DNA of 64,000 bases, taken from assembly GCF_006345805.1 (NCBI RefSeq), contig NC_043000.1:76136001-76200000 (forward strand), given 5' to 3'. The position numbers were made by a program, and so were the translations under genes. Below the pieces are notes generated by a model, which ran no database searches, was not told the DNA's origin, and saw only the letters and a list, made by a program, of their open reading frames with translations. This document shows positions 49,645 through 62,834 of this stretch, in pieces. Each line of letters begins with the position of its first letter. Position 1 is the first letter of the stretch. Origin of the DNA: Octopus sinensis (lineage: Eukaryota).

Positions 49645-49815
49645 CTTGATGGCTTTATTCCTCATAAGTTCTGAGAAAGGAATTTTACATTCTGATACCA
49701 GTTTGTTGCTGACAGCAATGGAATCACAGCAGATGAAGGCATTGGAAGATTTTGAAAGAATTATTGACAGTAACTGTTTGATATCATCTACATTGAATAC
49801 TGATGGTACTAGCAT
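49645..49815 (-). CDS. UFL1: UFL1 exon (171 nt), MLVPSVFNVDDIKQLL...CKIPFSELMRNKAIK
   Basis: Acceptor tatttcag and donor gtagaa. Phase 0/0. Resembles UFL1 LLPTSLSVED...FRELMHQKA. Confidence 0.9.
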
Positions 49816-50775
49816 CTGAAATAGCAGAAAATGGAGAAATTAAATATATAAAGGATAGGAGATAAGACAAGACAAGCAATGTTTTGTTTTAGATTGATCA
49901 ATCAATTGGTGAGCAGACGACTGGACAGACAGATGGATCTCGATTGGTTTCTGTTATGAGGATTCAGTGGTTTGATCAACTGAATTACTTGTTCACTGAA
50001 TTAGCATTTAAGTGGCTGAGTATTTCACAGACACATGTACCCTTAATGTAATTCTCAAGTAGAACCAGCATAACTTTGAATTATAGGCATGCTCCATCAG
50101 AAGGATTTCTATAAAGTTTCCATCTACTTAGTTTCACTCATAAGATATAGATCAAACCAAGGCAATAAAAAATGGCATTTCCCAAGATGTCCTGCATTGG
50201 ACATCTTGAAACCCAGGATTTTATGATATGAAGCAAACTTCTTAACCATTCAGACATATTTGTGCGTGCGTGTGGTGAGGATTCATATAAGTACCTTAAT
50301 GTTCTACATTAGAAATAATTTTAGTTTCAACATTCAATGTGGTCCGAAAGCTTAAAGAAGCATGTTGCTTTGCTTAGCTTAACAGCTAAGGAGAAACAAT
50401 TGAAAATTACTGTTGGAAAGGATTTAAATGAGGGAGGATCACAAGGATTGGAGAGAAAACATGATAAGCAATGCCATAAAATCATCATCATCATCATCTA
50501 TTTATACAAAGAAATGAAAGAATATTTTGTTTTAGAATTAATTCTAGTTTCACTAAAATAGCAATCTATGTATTATACTTAATGTATGAATACTGACCAG
50601 CTACTGCAGCATTTGTCCTTAGATCACATCTTTTATGGACTTGCTGTGTTAAAAGCACAATATCAGGAGACACAAAAATCCATCCTGTGCTCTTTTTGTT
50701 GATTTTACTAAATATAGCAAGTCTTATCAATGCAGACAAACACCGGTCTCTTTGGAGTCTGTTTGATCATATATA

Positions 50776-51973
50776 TTGGGTCATCCCATAAATAATGTGG
50801 TTCTTTATACTTCCTTTATTTTTCAAAATTAAGATAAACAAAGTTCTTTTTTAATCTAAAATATACTCTCCTTCATTTTCTACAATGCTCTTCCATCTAT
50901 CTGGTAGGCTTGCAATGCCCTTCTTCCAAAATTCACTTGTCTGTGATGGAAAATATCCTCCAGTACTGTTCTGACCTCTTCTACAGAATTCATATTTTTT
51001 CTGTCCAAATGATTTTGACGATTGCAGAATAAATGATAATCAAATGGACAATGTTTGATAAATATGGTGGGTGGGGCACTGTTTCCCATTCTAACTGCTC
51101 CAGCTTTTGGAATGTCATCCTCGTTGTATGTGGCCAAGCATTATCCTGATGAAAGAACACCTTCCATCTTGAAATCAAAGATAGTTGTTTTCCTTCTAGT
51201 GCTGCCCGCAGCAGATCTCCTTTGTTATTGTTGGGTTTGGGTTTAAAAGTTCAAAGTGAACTAAAACTTTCATATTCCACCAAACAGATAACAACACCTT
51301 ACATGGGTGAAGGCCTTCTTTAGTCTGAGGTGCCGAATTTTCTCCTTTCCCTACCAGCTGACTTCAGTGCTTGACATTCTTAAAGAGAACCCAGTTCTTG
51401 TCACCAGTCACTATTTGGTCCAAAATAGGCTCATTCATGAGACATGAGAACAAAGAATCGCACACATTCACACTCTGTGCATGATTAGACTCGGAACGTT
51501 TGTGAGGAACCCACTGATCCAATTTGCTGGCTTTTCTGATGGTACACAGGTGTCAATGACTGGTTGAATGATCAAATTCAAGCTTCTCTGCTAATTCCTC
51601 AACAGTTACAATGGGATTTTGTTCCACCAGTGTTTTGCATGGCATCCTTGTCAAGCTCTACAGATCTTCCAGAACAAGGCTCGTCTTCTAAGCTGTAGTT
51701 TTCAGCATGGAATTTCTTGAACCACTGTTGACACTAGCTTATGCTTATTGTCCAATCCCCATATACTGCATTAATATTCCTCACACTTTCTGTTGCTTTA
51801 TTTGAAAAAATAACTGTTAAAATTGAACTGCACTCTTTGAAACTTGTACTAAGAATAGGGACAAGGTAAAACTATCTTTTATAAGCAAGTTGATGCAGGT
51901 AGTTTATCCCATCCCCCTCCTACTTTTAGTTTATGCAATTGAAAAAAACTGCATTATTTATGGGATGACCCAA
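50776..51973 (-). mobile_element. mariner (DD34D-type) element, full length and degenerate
   Basis: TIR ttgggtcatcccataaataatg at both ends with TA TSDs. Motifs WVPHK, IVTGD, HQDNAWPH and HPPY..DYHLF. Confidence 0.93.
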
Positions 51974-52357
51974 TACATATATATAATTCATTTATAACAA
52001 TGGAACTTGAAGCACATACAGCTATAAATAATAACTTGTAGACATTGGGTTAAAAAACTTTTTGGAAAGGAAAAGTTGAAAGTTGCTTATGGGACACAAA
52101 TACACATCATGTTTTTAATTTTTTTTTCTTTGAAAGGGTTTTGTAATCCAGTGTTATTTACAGCTTTATCTTTTTTGAGCTCTACTGTTAAAAAATTATT
52201 CTGTGTCTCTTGAAGTTTTTAGATTCTTATGATATTAGCAATTATATATTTATATATGTAAATGTATACACACATATGGTTACACATCATTGCTACTTGT
52301 AACAAAAAGCCATATAAATAATTAAATCCATAATGTAGATTAGAAAATAATAATTAC

Positions 52358-52533
52358 CGATATATCTATCCATGATCCATCATTTAAAGCTTCTTCAACA
52401 CTGGCTTCAACCTGTTCCTTAAGTGAGACACTCACACAACAAGTGGATAAATATATCAGCTGTTCATCTTTAAACTTTTTCTTCACAAAGTCTTTTGCAT
52501 TGGTGATGCCAAGTCGAGCCAAATTGTCATATT
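52358..52533 (-). CDS. UFL1: UFL1 exon (176 nt), EYDNLARLGITNAKDFVKKKF...KEQVEASVEEALNDGSWIDIS
   Basis: Acceptor ctgctgtag and donor gtaatt. Contains the conserved UFL1 motif QVEASVEEA..G.W.DI. Phases are consistent with neighbours. Confidence 0.93.
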
Positions 52534-53056
52534 CTACAGCAGAACCAAATCGAAAATATTTCTCAATTCAAAACTAAATTTTAAGCAGAAAATATGTTTA
52601 CTCCCTCTAGCATGCCTAACTATCAACACCACCATAACAACACTTTTATAAGTCAAAAATATAAGTGATTTCTGTTTGGTCATTTGATGTGTTCCATAAT
52701 ACAGATAAATCTCTCTGAAAAAACATTCTGACATAAACTTTAAAAATACAATTGTTCAATACACGCCAGAAATGTTTGAACCGAGAAAAGAACTACATCA
52801 CATATGCTAGTAGAGTTAACAGAGAATGTGAAAAGTTCAAACTAGATAAATTAACGCCAGATATGTTCAAGTGCCTGATATTTACTCAGGGACTAACGGC
52901 AGAAAAAGACACAGAAGTAAGAACAAGAATTCTCGCTAAGCTGGAATAAAACCAAGTGTCAGAAGAGTGTGAAAGAATAGTAAATTTAAGACACAACTTC
53001 AGAGAAAATTGAACATAGACACTGCTCCCAAGTGAAATAAGTGCATCAGAAAATAC

Positions 53057-54042
53057 TGATATGGAGGTCAGTTCGGAAACTGAGTGCTACAACCCACTTT
53101 TGTGATTTGGCGTCAGGAAGACGGGTAGACCTTTTGTCCTGTCGGCTTTTGGGGAGGTTTATGTATTCGGAAGAGACCTTTGGCCCTGTTCCGGTCAAGG
53201 AAAGTTTGAGAAACCACCCCTTTAAAATGCGACGCGCTGTGAGCTTGGGGTCAGTTGGAGTCAGTCGTCAGTCGGGAACAGAGCGAGTCGGCAGTTGGCA
53301 ACGGGGCAGTTTTGGCCAGAGACAGGAGTGATACGGACGGTCAGCCAAGAAGGTGGCGATGGCGAAGGCAACTACATCGTTGAGAAAGACAGACAGACAG
53401 TGAGAGGACTGAGAGCAAGAGAGAGGGATTACAGCAGATAGAAGGCAGTGGCTATTATGGTAGGAGTTTCTGAAATTGTTGCAGACTGGAAAGAAACGTT
53501 CAGTAAAGTTTTGTTTGTGTCTTTTGGTTGTTGTATTTTGATGTGAAATGTAAAAGAAAGAATTGATGTGTTAAAAAAAAGGGGAAAGAACTGTGAATTA
53601 AGGAAAAGCGGAAGAAAAGAAATGAGATTGTGAAAAGAACATTGTGAAAAGAATTGTGTTGTTAAGTTGTGTTAAAGAAAAAAAGAAAGAGAAAGACTTT
53701 AATGTATCGTGAACATTATTTGATTGAACTGTTCTGATTTGTCTCTGTGCACGCTTTGATTTTGTTGATTCTGCTGCATGTATTTTCTTTGATGTATTTG
53801 ATGTTGTAATGATTGTTATAAACTGTTTTTAAAAGTAAGCCAATTGCCTTCCGCCGTCTCTCTGTATCTCTTCCTGCTGTTGTTGTTGTTGTTGTTCTCT
53901 CCGGTCGCCGGTTGCTGAGTTCGCTGCCATCCCCACCACCATTTTCTCTGTGGCGGATTCCGTTCGACTGAGCCTGGTCAATCGTCGTCGCTCGACTTAG
54001 TAGGGTCCTGGGTTCGAGTTGAGCGACGGCAGGTTCGTAACA
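53057..54042. mobile_element. Solo LTR (986 bp) nested in the Gypsy relic
   Basis: TGATAT...GTAACA ends with an ATAC 4-bp TSD (53053-56 and 54043-46). Non-coding. Confidence 0.78.
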
Positions 54043-55875
54043 ATACAAAACAGAATAGAAATTAAGTGTGTACTAAAATACAGTACAAACAGGACAAAAG
54101 TCAAGAAACAAACCCATGTTTGCATGTAGAGGATTACACCTGAGAAAAAAACAGCACATTTAAGAAAGCGGAATGTTTCCATTGTGGACAAATTGAAAAT
54201 GTAAAAGCACACTGTAAAACCAAACGAAGGAAAAAGAATAAACAAGATATCGAAAGAAAATAGTAATGTGACAAAGCGGAAATTCATAAATGTGAAAATT
54301 AAAAATATAAGAGTAAAAATGCAGTTAGACAGTGATATTACTACTGTGAATGAAGAAACTTGGAAGTATATTGGTAAGCTGAAATGAAGTAAATCTACAA
54401 AAGCAACACATGGTGTTATGGGTAAAAGATTGTATTTTGTCTGTGAATTTGTGTGTAATGTGACATTTCATGACCAAATGTAAAAGGCAAAAATATATGT
54501 GTTAAAAAATTCAGTTAATCTATTCAGCACAGAGTGGATGGAATTGTTCAAATTTGTGGAATATGCCCATAAGTGTTTTGTGTGGGAATATAGTCAGTTC
54601 AGTCGAAGGTTTGAATGGTGCTGAGGGATTGAAATGAAAAATAAAACATTTATTTCCGGATGTTTTCTCATATGAACTGGGCTGCTGCACGAAAACGAAG
54701 GCAAAAGTTGTAGTGAAACGAAGTGCAACACCTGTATTTAAGCAAAAACAGGATTACCATTTGCAGCAATAGAACAAGTAAATAAGGAACTTGAGAGACT
54801 TGAAAGCCTGGGAATAATTGAGAAGACAGACCATTCAGATAGCGCAGCAACTAAGGTCTATGTAAAAGAGAAAAATAATAAGTTGAGAGTTTGTGCAGAT
54901 TTTTCAACTGGGTTGAATGATTGCTTAATCTCACATAACTACCCGATGCCAAGTCCTGAGGAAATGTTCCCAAAATTGAATAATGGATAGAGAAATCAAA
55001 AATTTAGTGAAAGGCTGCAGAGGATGTGCACTAGTGGCAAAATTACCGATGATAAAAAGTGAACCTTGGCCAAAAGTAGATGTGCCCTGGTCAAGACTAC
55101 ATATCGATTTCACTAGTCCCTTAAATAGTTCATAGTATTTAGTGGTAGTAAATAGTTTTTCTAAATGGCCAGAAATTTATAAGTGTAAGAAGCCAACCTA
55201 CTCAACAGCAACAAACCTTCTATATGAGCTGCTTGCAACATTTGGCATCCCAGACATGATAGTGTCTGACAATGGAACGCAATTTGTGTCTTTTGAGTTT
55301 AAAAAGTTTTGTAAAACATTCACTGTAGAACATGTAACTACAACGCCATACCATCCCAGATCTAATGGACAAGCAGAATGCTTTGTCGATACGTTTGAGA
55401 GAGCCCTAAGAAAGTTGAATAAGGAAGTCATGGACGAGGTGGCTCTACAACAATTCTGAAGAGTATAACATGTGACACCAAATCCAAATACACCAGCAGG
55501 TATGACACCAGCAGAGCTGATGTTTGCAAGGAAAATAAAATCAGTCTTTGACAAATTACTACCTGGTAAGAAAAGAAAAATTTTCAAAATTGGTGAAAAT
55601 GTATTTGTTAAAGTATATAAGAATGGAAAACTAGAATGGAAGATGGTGTGATTACCAAACGCATAGAAAAAATACCATACTTGGTAAAAGGAAGAAAAGG
55701 GGTATACAAAAGACACATGAACCAACTAAAAAAACGATTTGTTGACAGCAAACTCAAGAGAGTGGAAGAACCAATGGAATGGGTAAGAAAAAGAAAATGT
55801 TCGGAGTTCCTGGAAGTGGATGCCATATGAAAACAATATTAAATGTGTAACTGTATGGGGGTGATGTAAAATTTA

Positions 55876-57403
55876 TCTATATATATATAAAATTCTTTGT
55901 CTGTCTGTTCCCTATGCATTCACCAAATCAAATCAAATTTTACAAGGTAACAGTATTAGACCCCGTGAGTAATTTTTATTTTCATTTGGATTAAAACAAT
56001 ATAACACTTTATCTAAAATAATCTTTCTATAGTCAACTATAGTAAAGGACATTTTATACTATGTGGACGACGACACCACATTTTGTATATGAGTGTGTGT
56101 GTCTGTGAGTATGTGTGCACGTTTGTTGCGTACGACATAGTAAAGGACATTTTATACCACTACCACCACCATGACACATTTTGTATATGAGTGAGTATGT
56201 GTCTGTGAGTGTGAGTGTTGGTGCTTTCCTTACGTATGAGATAATAAAGAACATTTTATATGACGACAACACATTTTGAGTATGATTATGTTTGTACGTT
56301 CGCTATGTATGACATAGTAAAGGACATTTTATACCACAACAATGATGATACATTTTGTATACGAGTGTGTATGTCTCTGTGAGTGCGCATTTGCGCATTC
56401 ATTACATACAAGATAGTAAAGAACATATTATACCACCATAATGATGAGACAACACATTTTGTATGAATATGTATATGTCTGTTAGTGTGTGTTTGCACAT
56501 TTGTTACGTAAATGTATGTCTGTCTTAGTATATGTATGTGAGTGTATGTGTGTGTCAGTGTGAGAGTGTATGTATGTGTCAGTGTATATGTGATTGCCAA
56601 TTACACTGATGTAAACTGGCCATGTGAAAGAGCTATACTGGCTCTAACTAATGAAATGGTTGATAAACTCAATCATGAACTTCTTCAAAAGTTAACAGAT
56701 ACATCAGAAATGACTTTTCCATTAATTCACATAACAGTCAATCAAGATCAGGTTGTTCAATACCCTGTTGAATTTCTGAATGCACTTAAACCCACTGGGA
56801 TGCCACTGCATAACTTGTCACTAAAGTTGGATGCTTCCATTATGTTGATCAAGAATCTTGACCCACCTCGTCTGTGTAATGGAACTAGCTTAATTGTTAC
56901 CTCCATGAAGCTCCATGTCTTACAGGCTACAATCATAACAAGCAGTCACAAAGAAAAATGTATCTTTATTCCAAAATTTCCTCTCATAGCTACAAATGTT
57001 CCATTTAAATTTAAGTGGCTTCAGTTTCCAGTCAAACTAAGTTTTGGTATTTCAGCTAACAAGTCTCAGTGTCAATCCCTCAATGTAGTAAGACTTCATC
57101 TCTCTACTAAATGCTTCTCCCACAGCCAACTCTATGTTGGTTGCTCACAAGTTGGAAGCATCAACAATTTATTCATTTGGACACCAACAAAAAAATTACA
57201 CAATAAATATTTTTTACCCTGAAGCGCTTCAAGATTGACAGATTTTCAGTTCTAAATTCTGTTATCATTACAATTTGGATAATTTTAAATAAAATATAGA
57301 TATTTTTAAATAATTATGAGAAAAAAATATATCTTCATATTTATCGTTTACTAATCTGAATAAGAACAGCAATAACCCAGGCAATGCCAAGTAATTCAGC
57401 TAG
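55876..57403 (+). mobile_element. Deleted Helitron with about 98-bp tandem repeats and a PIF1 helicase C-terminal relic (about 56590-57220)
   Basis: 5' end A|TCTATATA. Helicase motifs ERAILA.TN, YPVEFLN, NLDPPRLCNGT, FPVKLSF..NKSQ and FSH.QLYVGCS. 3' hairpin then CTAG at 57400-03. Confidence 0.88.
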
Positions 57404-59020
57404 TCTATAGTATATATAATAAAATGGAAGGTGTGTATGTGTACAGGCCATTTTCTTGATCCCCTTTAAACTCAATATTTTTCATCTGATTTTGTTCACA
57501 CTGGGAACACACATTACTTATGTTCCAAAGATGGTCACAGACTCTTCAAATTTTCCATATAATGAGTAATGCCACCCCTAGAGGATGAAAACACCTTCTC
57601 ATAGGTAAATAACAAATACCAACGATCATTGCTTCAAGGGACATTATTCTTGATGATGTAGTTATGCTACTTTCACTTCATTTTCTACTACAGTTTTTAC
57701 AAAGCCCATTCACAGCAAACCGCCAATATTTGCACATTAGCACTTCCTTTAAATCAACTTTTTAATTATATTTTTAAATGCCTTCAGAAATTAATCCATA
57801 TTATATATATTCCCTGCTTTTACTCATACAAAGTTGTGGCAGTTATACAGTTTTTACAATGCCCATTCAGTGCAAACTACCAATATTTGCACATTAGCAC
57901 AGGGCTATTCATGCACCTACAAATGTAGCTGTCAACACTCTTAACTATGAATTACTCAGTTAGCTACCTTCTCAAGAACATTGTTACAGATCAGTTGACA
58001 CCGTTACTTATCTTGATCAGGTTACACACTTTCCAACTGAATTTCTCAACTCCCAACATCCTCCAGGATTCCCTCCCTATGAACTTCACTTAGAAGTCAG
58101 TTGCCCTGTCATCTTCCTAGGCAGTCTAAATGCATCCGCACTATGAAATAGAACTCATCTTGTGGTGAAACGAATGATGGACCATGTCTCTGAAGCCCAA
58201 ATTATCATGGGACATGACAAAAATTCTGCTAACCCCTACATATTGCCCCTACCATATGTGGAGACTTCAGTTCCCTCTTAAACTCAGCTTCGCCATGAAG
58301 GTCAATCACTGAAAGTTGTCATATTGGACCTTCAAATGTTATGCTTTTCATATGGACAATTCTATGTTGGTTGTTCCAGAGCTGGCCATCCAGACAACTT
58401 ATTCGTCTATGCTCCTAAAGGAAAAACCAAAAATGTCATCTACAAACCAGCCCTACAGTAGTTACTCTTCTACTGCAATCTTCACATCTATGCCGTTAGC
58501 GATCAGACTTCCTACAAGCATTTCATTGATTTTTGCTTCATTTCCGTGACTGTTGTTAACAGTATATTACCTGCAATGACCCTTCACGCATGCTGTTCAC
58601 TTATAAGCATGCTCTGACATTTATTTTTGTACATGCCATTATTCTATTTGTGTGTTTGCTATAAAATTATGCTTTTGTTTATCATACATGACTTTGTGTT
58701 GTCAGACATTATGAGTAAAATAACTACATGCTACAAAACACTTCAGGTAAGATATAGGATCCCTAATGCCTACTGCAATTGCGATCTCATTTCATGGACT
58801 TTCATTTATTACTAACCATCAAATTTGCATTCAAAAAACTTTATTCATTACCTAGGTTGCTTAATACCATATAATAAACTGCTAACGAAATTGGTAATTA
58901 TACATTTTATACTTATCAACTTGAAACGACTTCTAACTGCAGGCTAATTCAACTTAAACCATCCAAAGGAGTGTGCTTTATAATAGATTACACTGTCCAA
59001 AGAACTGGTGCAGTTGCTAG
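57404..59020 (+). mobile_element. Second deleted Helitron, head-to-tail with the first
   Basis: Starts TC immediately after the CTAG. PIF1 relic PTEFLNS..FPLKLSFAM..GQFYVGCSR at about 58030-58460. Ends gctag|t. Confidence 0.8.
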
Positions 59021-59767
59021 TTGCTAATGAAAGAAATAGAATTACACTCCCTAAGAAAAAAAGAAAAACTTAAAAGAGGAGATGTTATGGAGATAATAGT
59101 AATAATGGAACATCCTTCCCATGTGACAAGTGGTATGTGATAGTCACTACAAATACGGTGAGTGTCAGTTGAGTAGTAAATCGAGATAGTCATGTCTTAT
59201 TTGTCTAACTAACTATAGTGCTATATTGGAGTGGACATTATAACAGTCCGACGTCGGATTACAACAGTAGGTTAGCTTTCTAAGACAGTAGACGGCATTC
59301 AACTTTGAGATATTGCTTAATGAAATCTAGTTCAGTGAGAGTGTTTAACACAGTCCATCACTGATTGAAACAGTATAATAGAGTCTATTTGAGTGTGACA
59401 GTCTGAATGTTAAAAATGATGCTGTAATCATATATGATGACAATTTGATGAAATTAAAAGAAATATGACTCATGATGTCAGATGTAGCTAGTTTGAACAA
59501 ACAGCATTGTTATCAGGGTAGCTGGATTTTACTGTTTTAATTTATTCAATTAATGAAGATGGGATGGCCCCATCAATTTTTTTCAGGTTTATTCAAAGTA
59601 GTTGATGTGAGTAGGGACAATGTGAATGTGGCAGAAAGATTGGATGAAATATTTAATGTGAGGGTGAGACACAGAGGAACAAAGATCATTGTAGAAGTAG
59701 TGGGGAAAAAACAAAGAGAGAAGAAACAACATTTTGGCTGTTTTGATCTTAGCAATGTGTGTCTGCA

Positions 59768-59830
<63 letters not shown>

Positions 59831-60043
59831 TGAGTGTGTGTATATGTGCATCTATGTGTAGCAGCTGCACTGTCCTAGAGAGAGAGAGAAAGTAGTTGTA
59901 GTAGTACTCTATATGAATCACATTTTGTAGAGGATAAGTAACTCATCAGGGTTGAAATTCGACATTCTGAAACTGAAGAGGAAACTTAACCCCTTGGAAT
60001 GCAGTTTTGACAATGTTAGAGATACGCTCAAGGAAATACTCAC

Positions 60044-60187
60044 CTAAATATCCATTCTGGACATAAAAGTCTTCAACCCACTGGTTTTGTGTTCTAACAA
60101 ATATGTTGGGGTGATAGGTCCCTTTCTCTCTTTGGCCAGTAATTGAACCATTCAATCGTCCTGAACTCACTAATTCTTCAACAATTG
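60044..60187 (-). CDS. UFL1: UFL1 exon (144 nt), SIVEELVSSGRLNGSITGQREKGTYHPNIFVRTQNQWVEDFYVQNGYL(E)
   Basis: Acceptor cttttacag and donor gtgagt. Resembles UFL1 VLEELVNSGRLRG...[24 protein letters not shown]. Confidence 0.92.
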
Positions 60188-60504
60188 CTGTAAAAGATGA
60201 GAGTTCATATTTAAGGTTTTAGATATTCATAACTAGGATTCCGTCAGGGGATAATGATACATCACATTCAATACATTATTTACTTTTAAAACTTAATATG
60301 GTAGACTGGTAGAAATGGTAGAGCAACAGACAAAATAAATTGCAGTACTTCCCCTTATGGTCTGAGTTCAAACCTTGCTATTGTCATCTTTTACCTTTTA
60401 ATCTTCCTATGTCGATAAAATAAAGTATCAGTGAAGTGCTAGGGTTGATACAATAATTGCACCCTTTCCTCAAATGTGAAGCGTTGTGTCTCGTTTATTC
60501 CTTT

Positions 60505-60815
60505 TATTTATATTTGTTTCAGTGATTGAACTGTGGTCATGCTGGAGCACATCTTGATGGTTTAGTCAAACAAACTGCCCCCGGTACTTATTCTACAGGT
60601 CACTTTTGTCGGACTGTTCAATTACAAGGACATAAACAAACCAACAATGGTTGTCACATGTGGTGGAGGGGGGGGCATAAACACGCAGACACAAACACAT
60701 ATACACATACATAAACACATGTACAAGGCTTCCTCAGTTTCTATTTACCAAATTCATTCACAAGGCATTGGTTGGCCTGGGGCTATAGCAGAAGAGACAT
60801 TCCTAAGATGCCATA
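60505..60815 (-). mobile_element. Diverged copy of the 17111 SINE family (further fragments at about 50100-50260 and 62430-62600)
   Basis: gtttcagt..ggtcatgctggagcac..cacaaggcattggttggcc..gctatagcagaagagac. Confidence 0.78.
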
Positions 60816-61111
60816 CAGACATAACTATGGTGACTGTGAGAGAAGGAGACATCCAAAATTTGGGACAAGACATTTATTGAGCAAAAGCAACCTGAAACAT
60901 TGGATTCTTTCCACTCCTTACAACTTGGCACTGCCACATCTTGTTTCTTCTAATCCTGGATTTTATCTTATAAATCAATAATTTTAATGTATGTGTGTTT
61001 TGTCTCAGCTTGATTAAATAATTTTGACAATTTAAAACAATATGAACTAAAATATTAGTGATACGTCCATGACATGGAAACTTATATTCTACAATACAGT
61101 AACAGGTGCTA

Positions 61112-61600
61112 GATCATCATCATCATCATCAACATTTAACAACTGTTTTCCATGCTGGCATGGGTTGGACGGCTTGACAAGAACTGGCAAGGACAAGGGT
61201 CACGCCAAGTTTCATAGTCTGTTTCAGCATGGTTTCTATGGCTGGATGCCCTTCCTAACAACAACTACTTCACACTTTTTAAGTGACATCATCACTACTG
61301 CTTTTAACGTGGCACCAGCACCAGTGCTTTTTTATGTGACACCATCACCAGTGTTTTCAATGTGGTACCATCATCAGTGCTTTTTATGTGGCACCATCAC
61401 CAGTGCTTTTTATATGGCACCAGTACTTTTTACATGGCACCAGTACCAGTGCTTTTTACATGGCACCAACACCTGTGCTTTTTACATGGCACTAGCACCA
61501 GTGCTTTTTATATGGCACCAGCACCCACACCAATGCCTTTTACACGGTACCTTGGTTTTAGGATCTCAATTCTGTCATAGCAAGTGGGTCTTCTCATAAT
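61112..61600 (-). mobile_element. RTE-type 3' end with (GAT)n tail and tandem gtgctttttatgtggcacca.cacca units of about 24 bp
   Basis: Terminal motif shared with the other RTE tails; the short repeat units are seen directly. Confidence 0.75.
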
Positions 61601-61981
61601 GTTGATATATGTTACTGTAAAAAGGAATCATCATTGACATCATTAGCCCCCACTATCATCAATTTAGCATCTGATTTTACACGTCAAGAGAGATTAAGAA
61701 GGTCTGCATTAAAATATTTATTATAGCTTCATCAGAGGAGGAGGGGCACAGTGCCATTTTTAAAGATTTTGAGACTAGTGGGAGAAAAAGAGTTTTTTTC
61801 TCAAACCAAAGGCTTCATTCAAATCCTTGTAACAAAATATATAGCACTAAAGGTGGTACATCAAGTCAACCAACTGGAAAAACTGGTTCCTTTTCTGTCA
61901 TTCCACCATACTAGCTAATTGAAATGTCACAAATAATTTCATAAAACAACAGAAAATACAGAAACAAGCAGTGAAACTTAC

Positions 61982-62040
61982 AGTAAAACATTTGATCTTG
62001 GAAGTTATGTTTACGACGCACATTGTATAAACTGGTTGGT
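61982..62040 (-). CDS. UFL1: UFL1 internal exon (59 nt), (R)PTSLYNVRRKHNFQDQMFY(S)
   Basis: Acceptor ttattttcag and donor gtaagt. Phase 2 in, phase 1 out, which joins the next exon. Peptide resembles vertebrate UFL1 [21 protein letters not shown]. Confidence 0.85.
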
Positions 62041-62834
62041 CTGAAAATAAACAAACAATTTTAACTCATTTCATACCAACCCATCTGAGACCATCACCTC
62101 TCATTCTATGTTATCAACCTGAGATCACCTCCTCTTCTTCAACACCAATCCATTTAAGACCACCTCTCATTATATCTCACAAAACTTGCTTGTTTTAAAG
62201 TGTTCATCAACATCATTATCTTTTTAGTGTTCACTTTTACAGGAGTGCATGGGTTAGAAGGCATTTGTTAAGGCACATTTTTGACAGACAGATACCCTTC
62301 CTGTTGCTAACCCTTACTAGTTTCCAAGCAAGGTAATATTTCTCATGATTTTATAGAAGAATGGAAACATCACTGCTTGCATAACAATGGCACTCATTCA
62401 CACATTACATAAAAATACATATACATGCATATACATATATATGACAGGCTTCTTTTAGTTTCCATATTCCATATCCACTTATAAGGGTTTGTTGGCCCAA
62501 GACTTAAGTAGAAGACACTGCCCAACATGCTTCACATTGGAACTGAGCTTGAAATAATGTGGTTGGGAAGCAAACTTCTTAACCATATAGCCTTACCTGT
62601 TCATATATATATTTGTCTTCCTTCATAATCTTATGTAAGAACCTCTTTTTATATTCCAAATACCAAATGAATACAAAGTTGATTATTTTACTAAATCCCA
62701 ATCAAATACTAGATTATTTTCAAAATTAATTGAAACATATACATAGTGTATTTCAATAGAAATATGATTATAAAATGCATAAACTGTTAACCAGTATTAT
62801 GTTGTACTCTATTTTCTGGTAATAGCTGTCACTC

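Larger units (their letters stand above)
52740..59442 (+). mobile_element. Gypsy relic (gag, PR, RT start, IN) interrupted by a solo LTR and two Helitrons; probable PPT and 3' LTR at about 59070-59442
   Basis: Gag YASRVNRECEKF..FKCLIF.QGL, PR MQLDS, RT KLRVCADFSTGLN and IN WSRLHIDF..FGIPDMIVSDNGTQF..PYHPRSNGQAE. Junction aaaagaggaga|tgttat at 59083; LTR limits are tentative. Confidence 0.75.

Noticed and set aside
55857-55875. PPT and LTR start of the second Gypsy
   Set aside because: A better PPT|TGTTAT junction follows the Helitron pair at about 59070-59088.
56542-57222. Host PIF1 helicase gene
   Set aside because: Only the C-terminal part is present, motifs are degraded, and it is bounded by Helitron TC/CTAG ends.
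61600-61920. Possible additional UFL1 exon
   Set aside because: The frames checked contain stops and no UFL1-like peptide, and the flanking 59-nt and 144-nt exons already join in phase.
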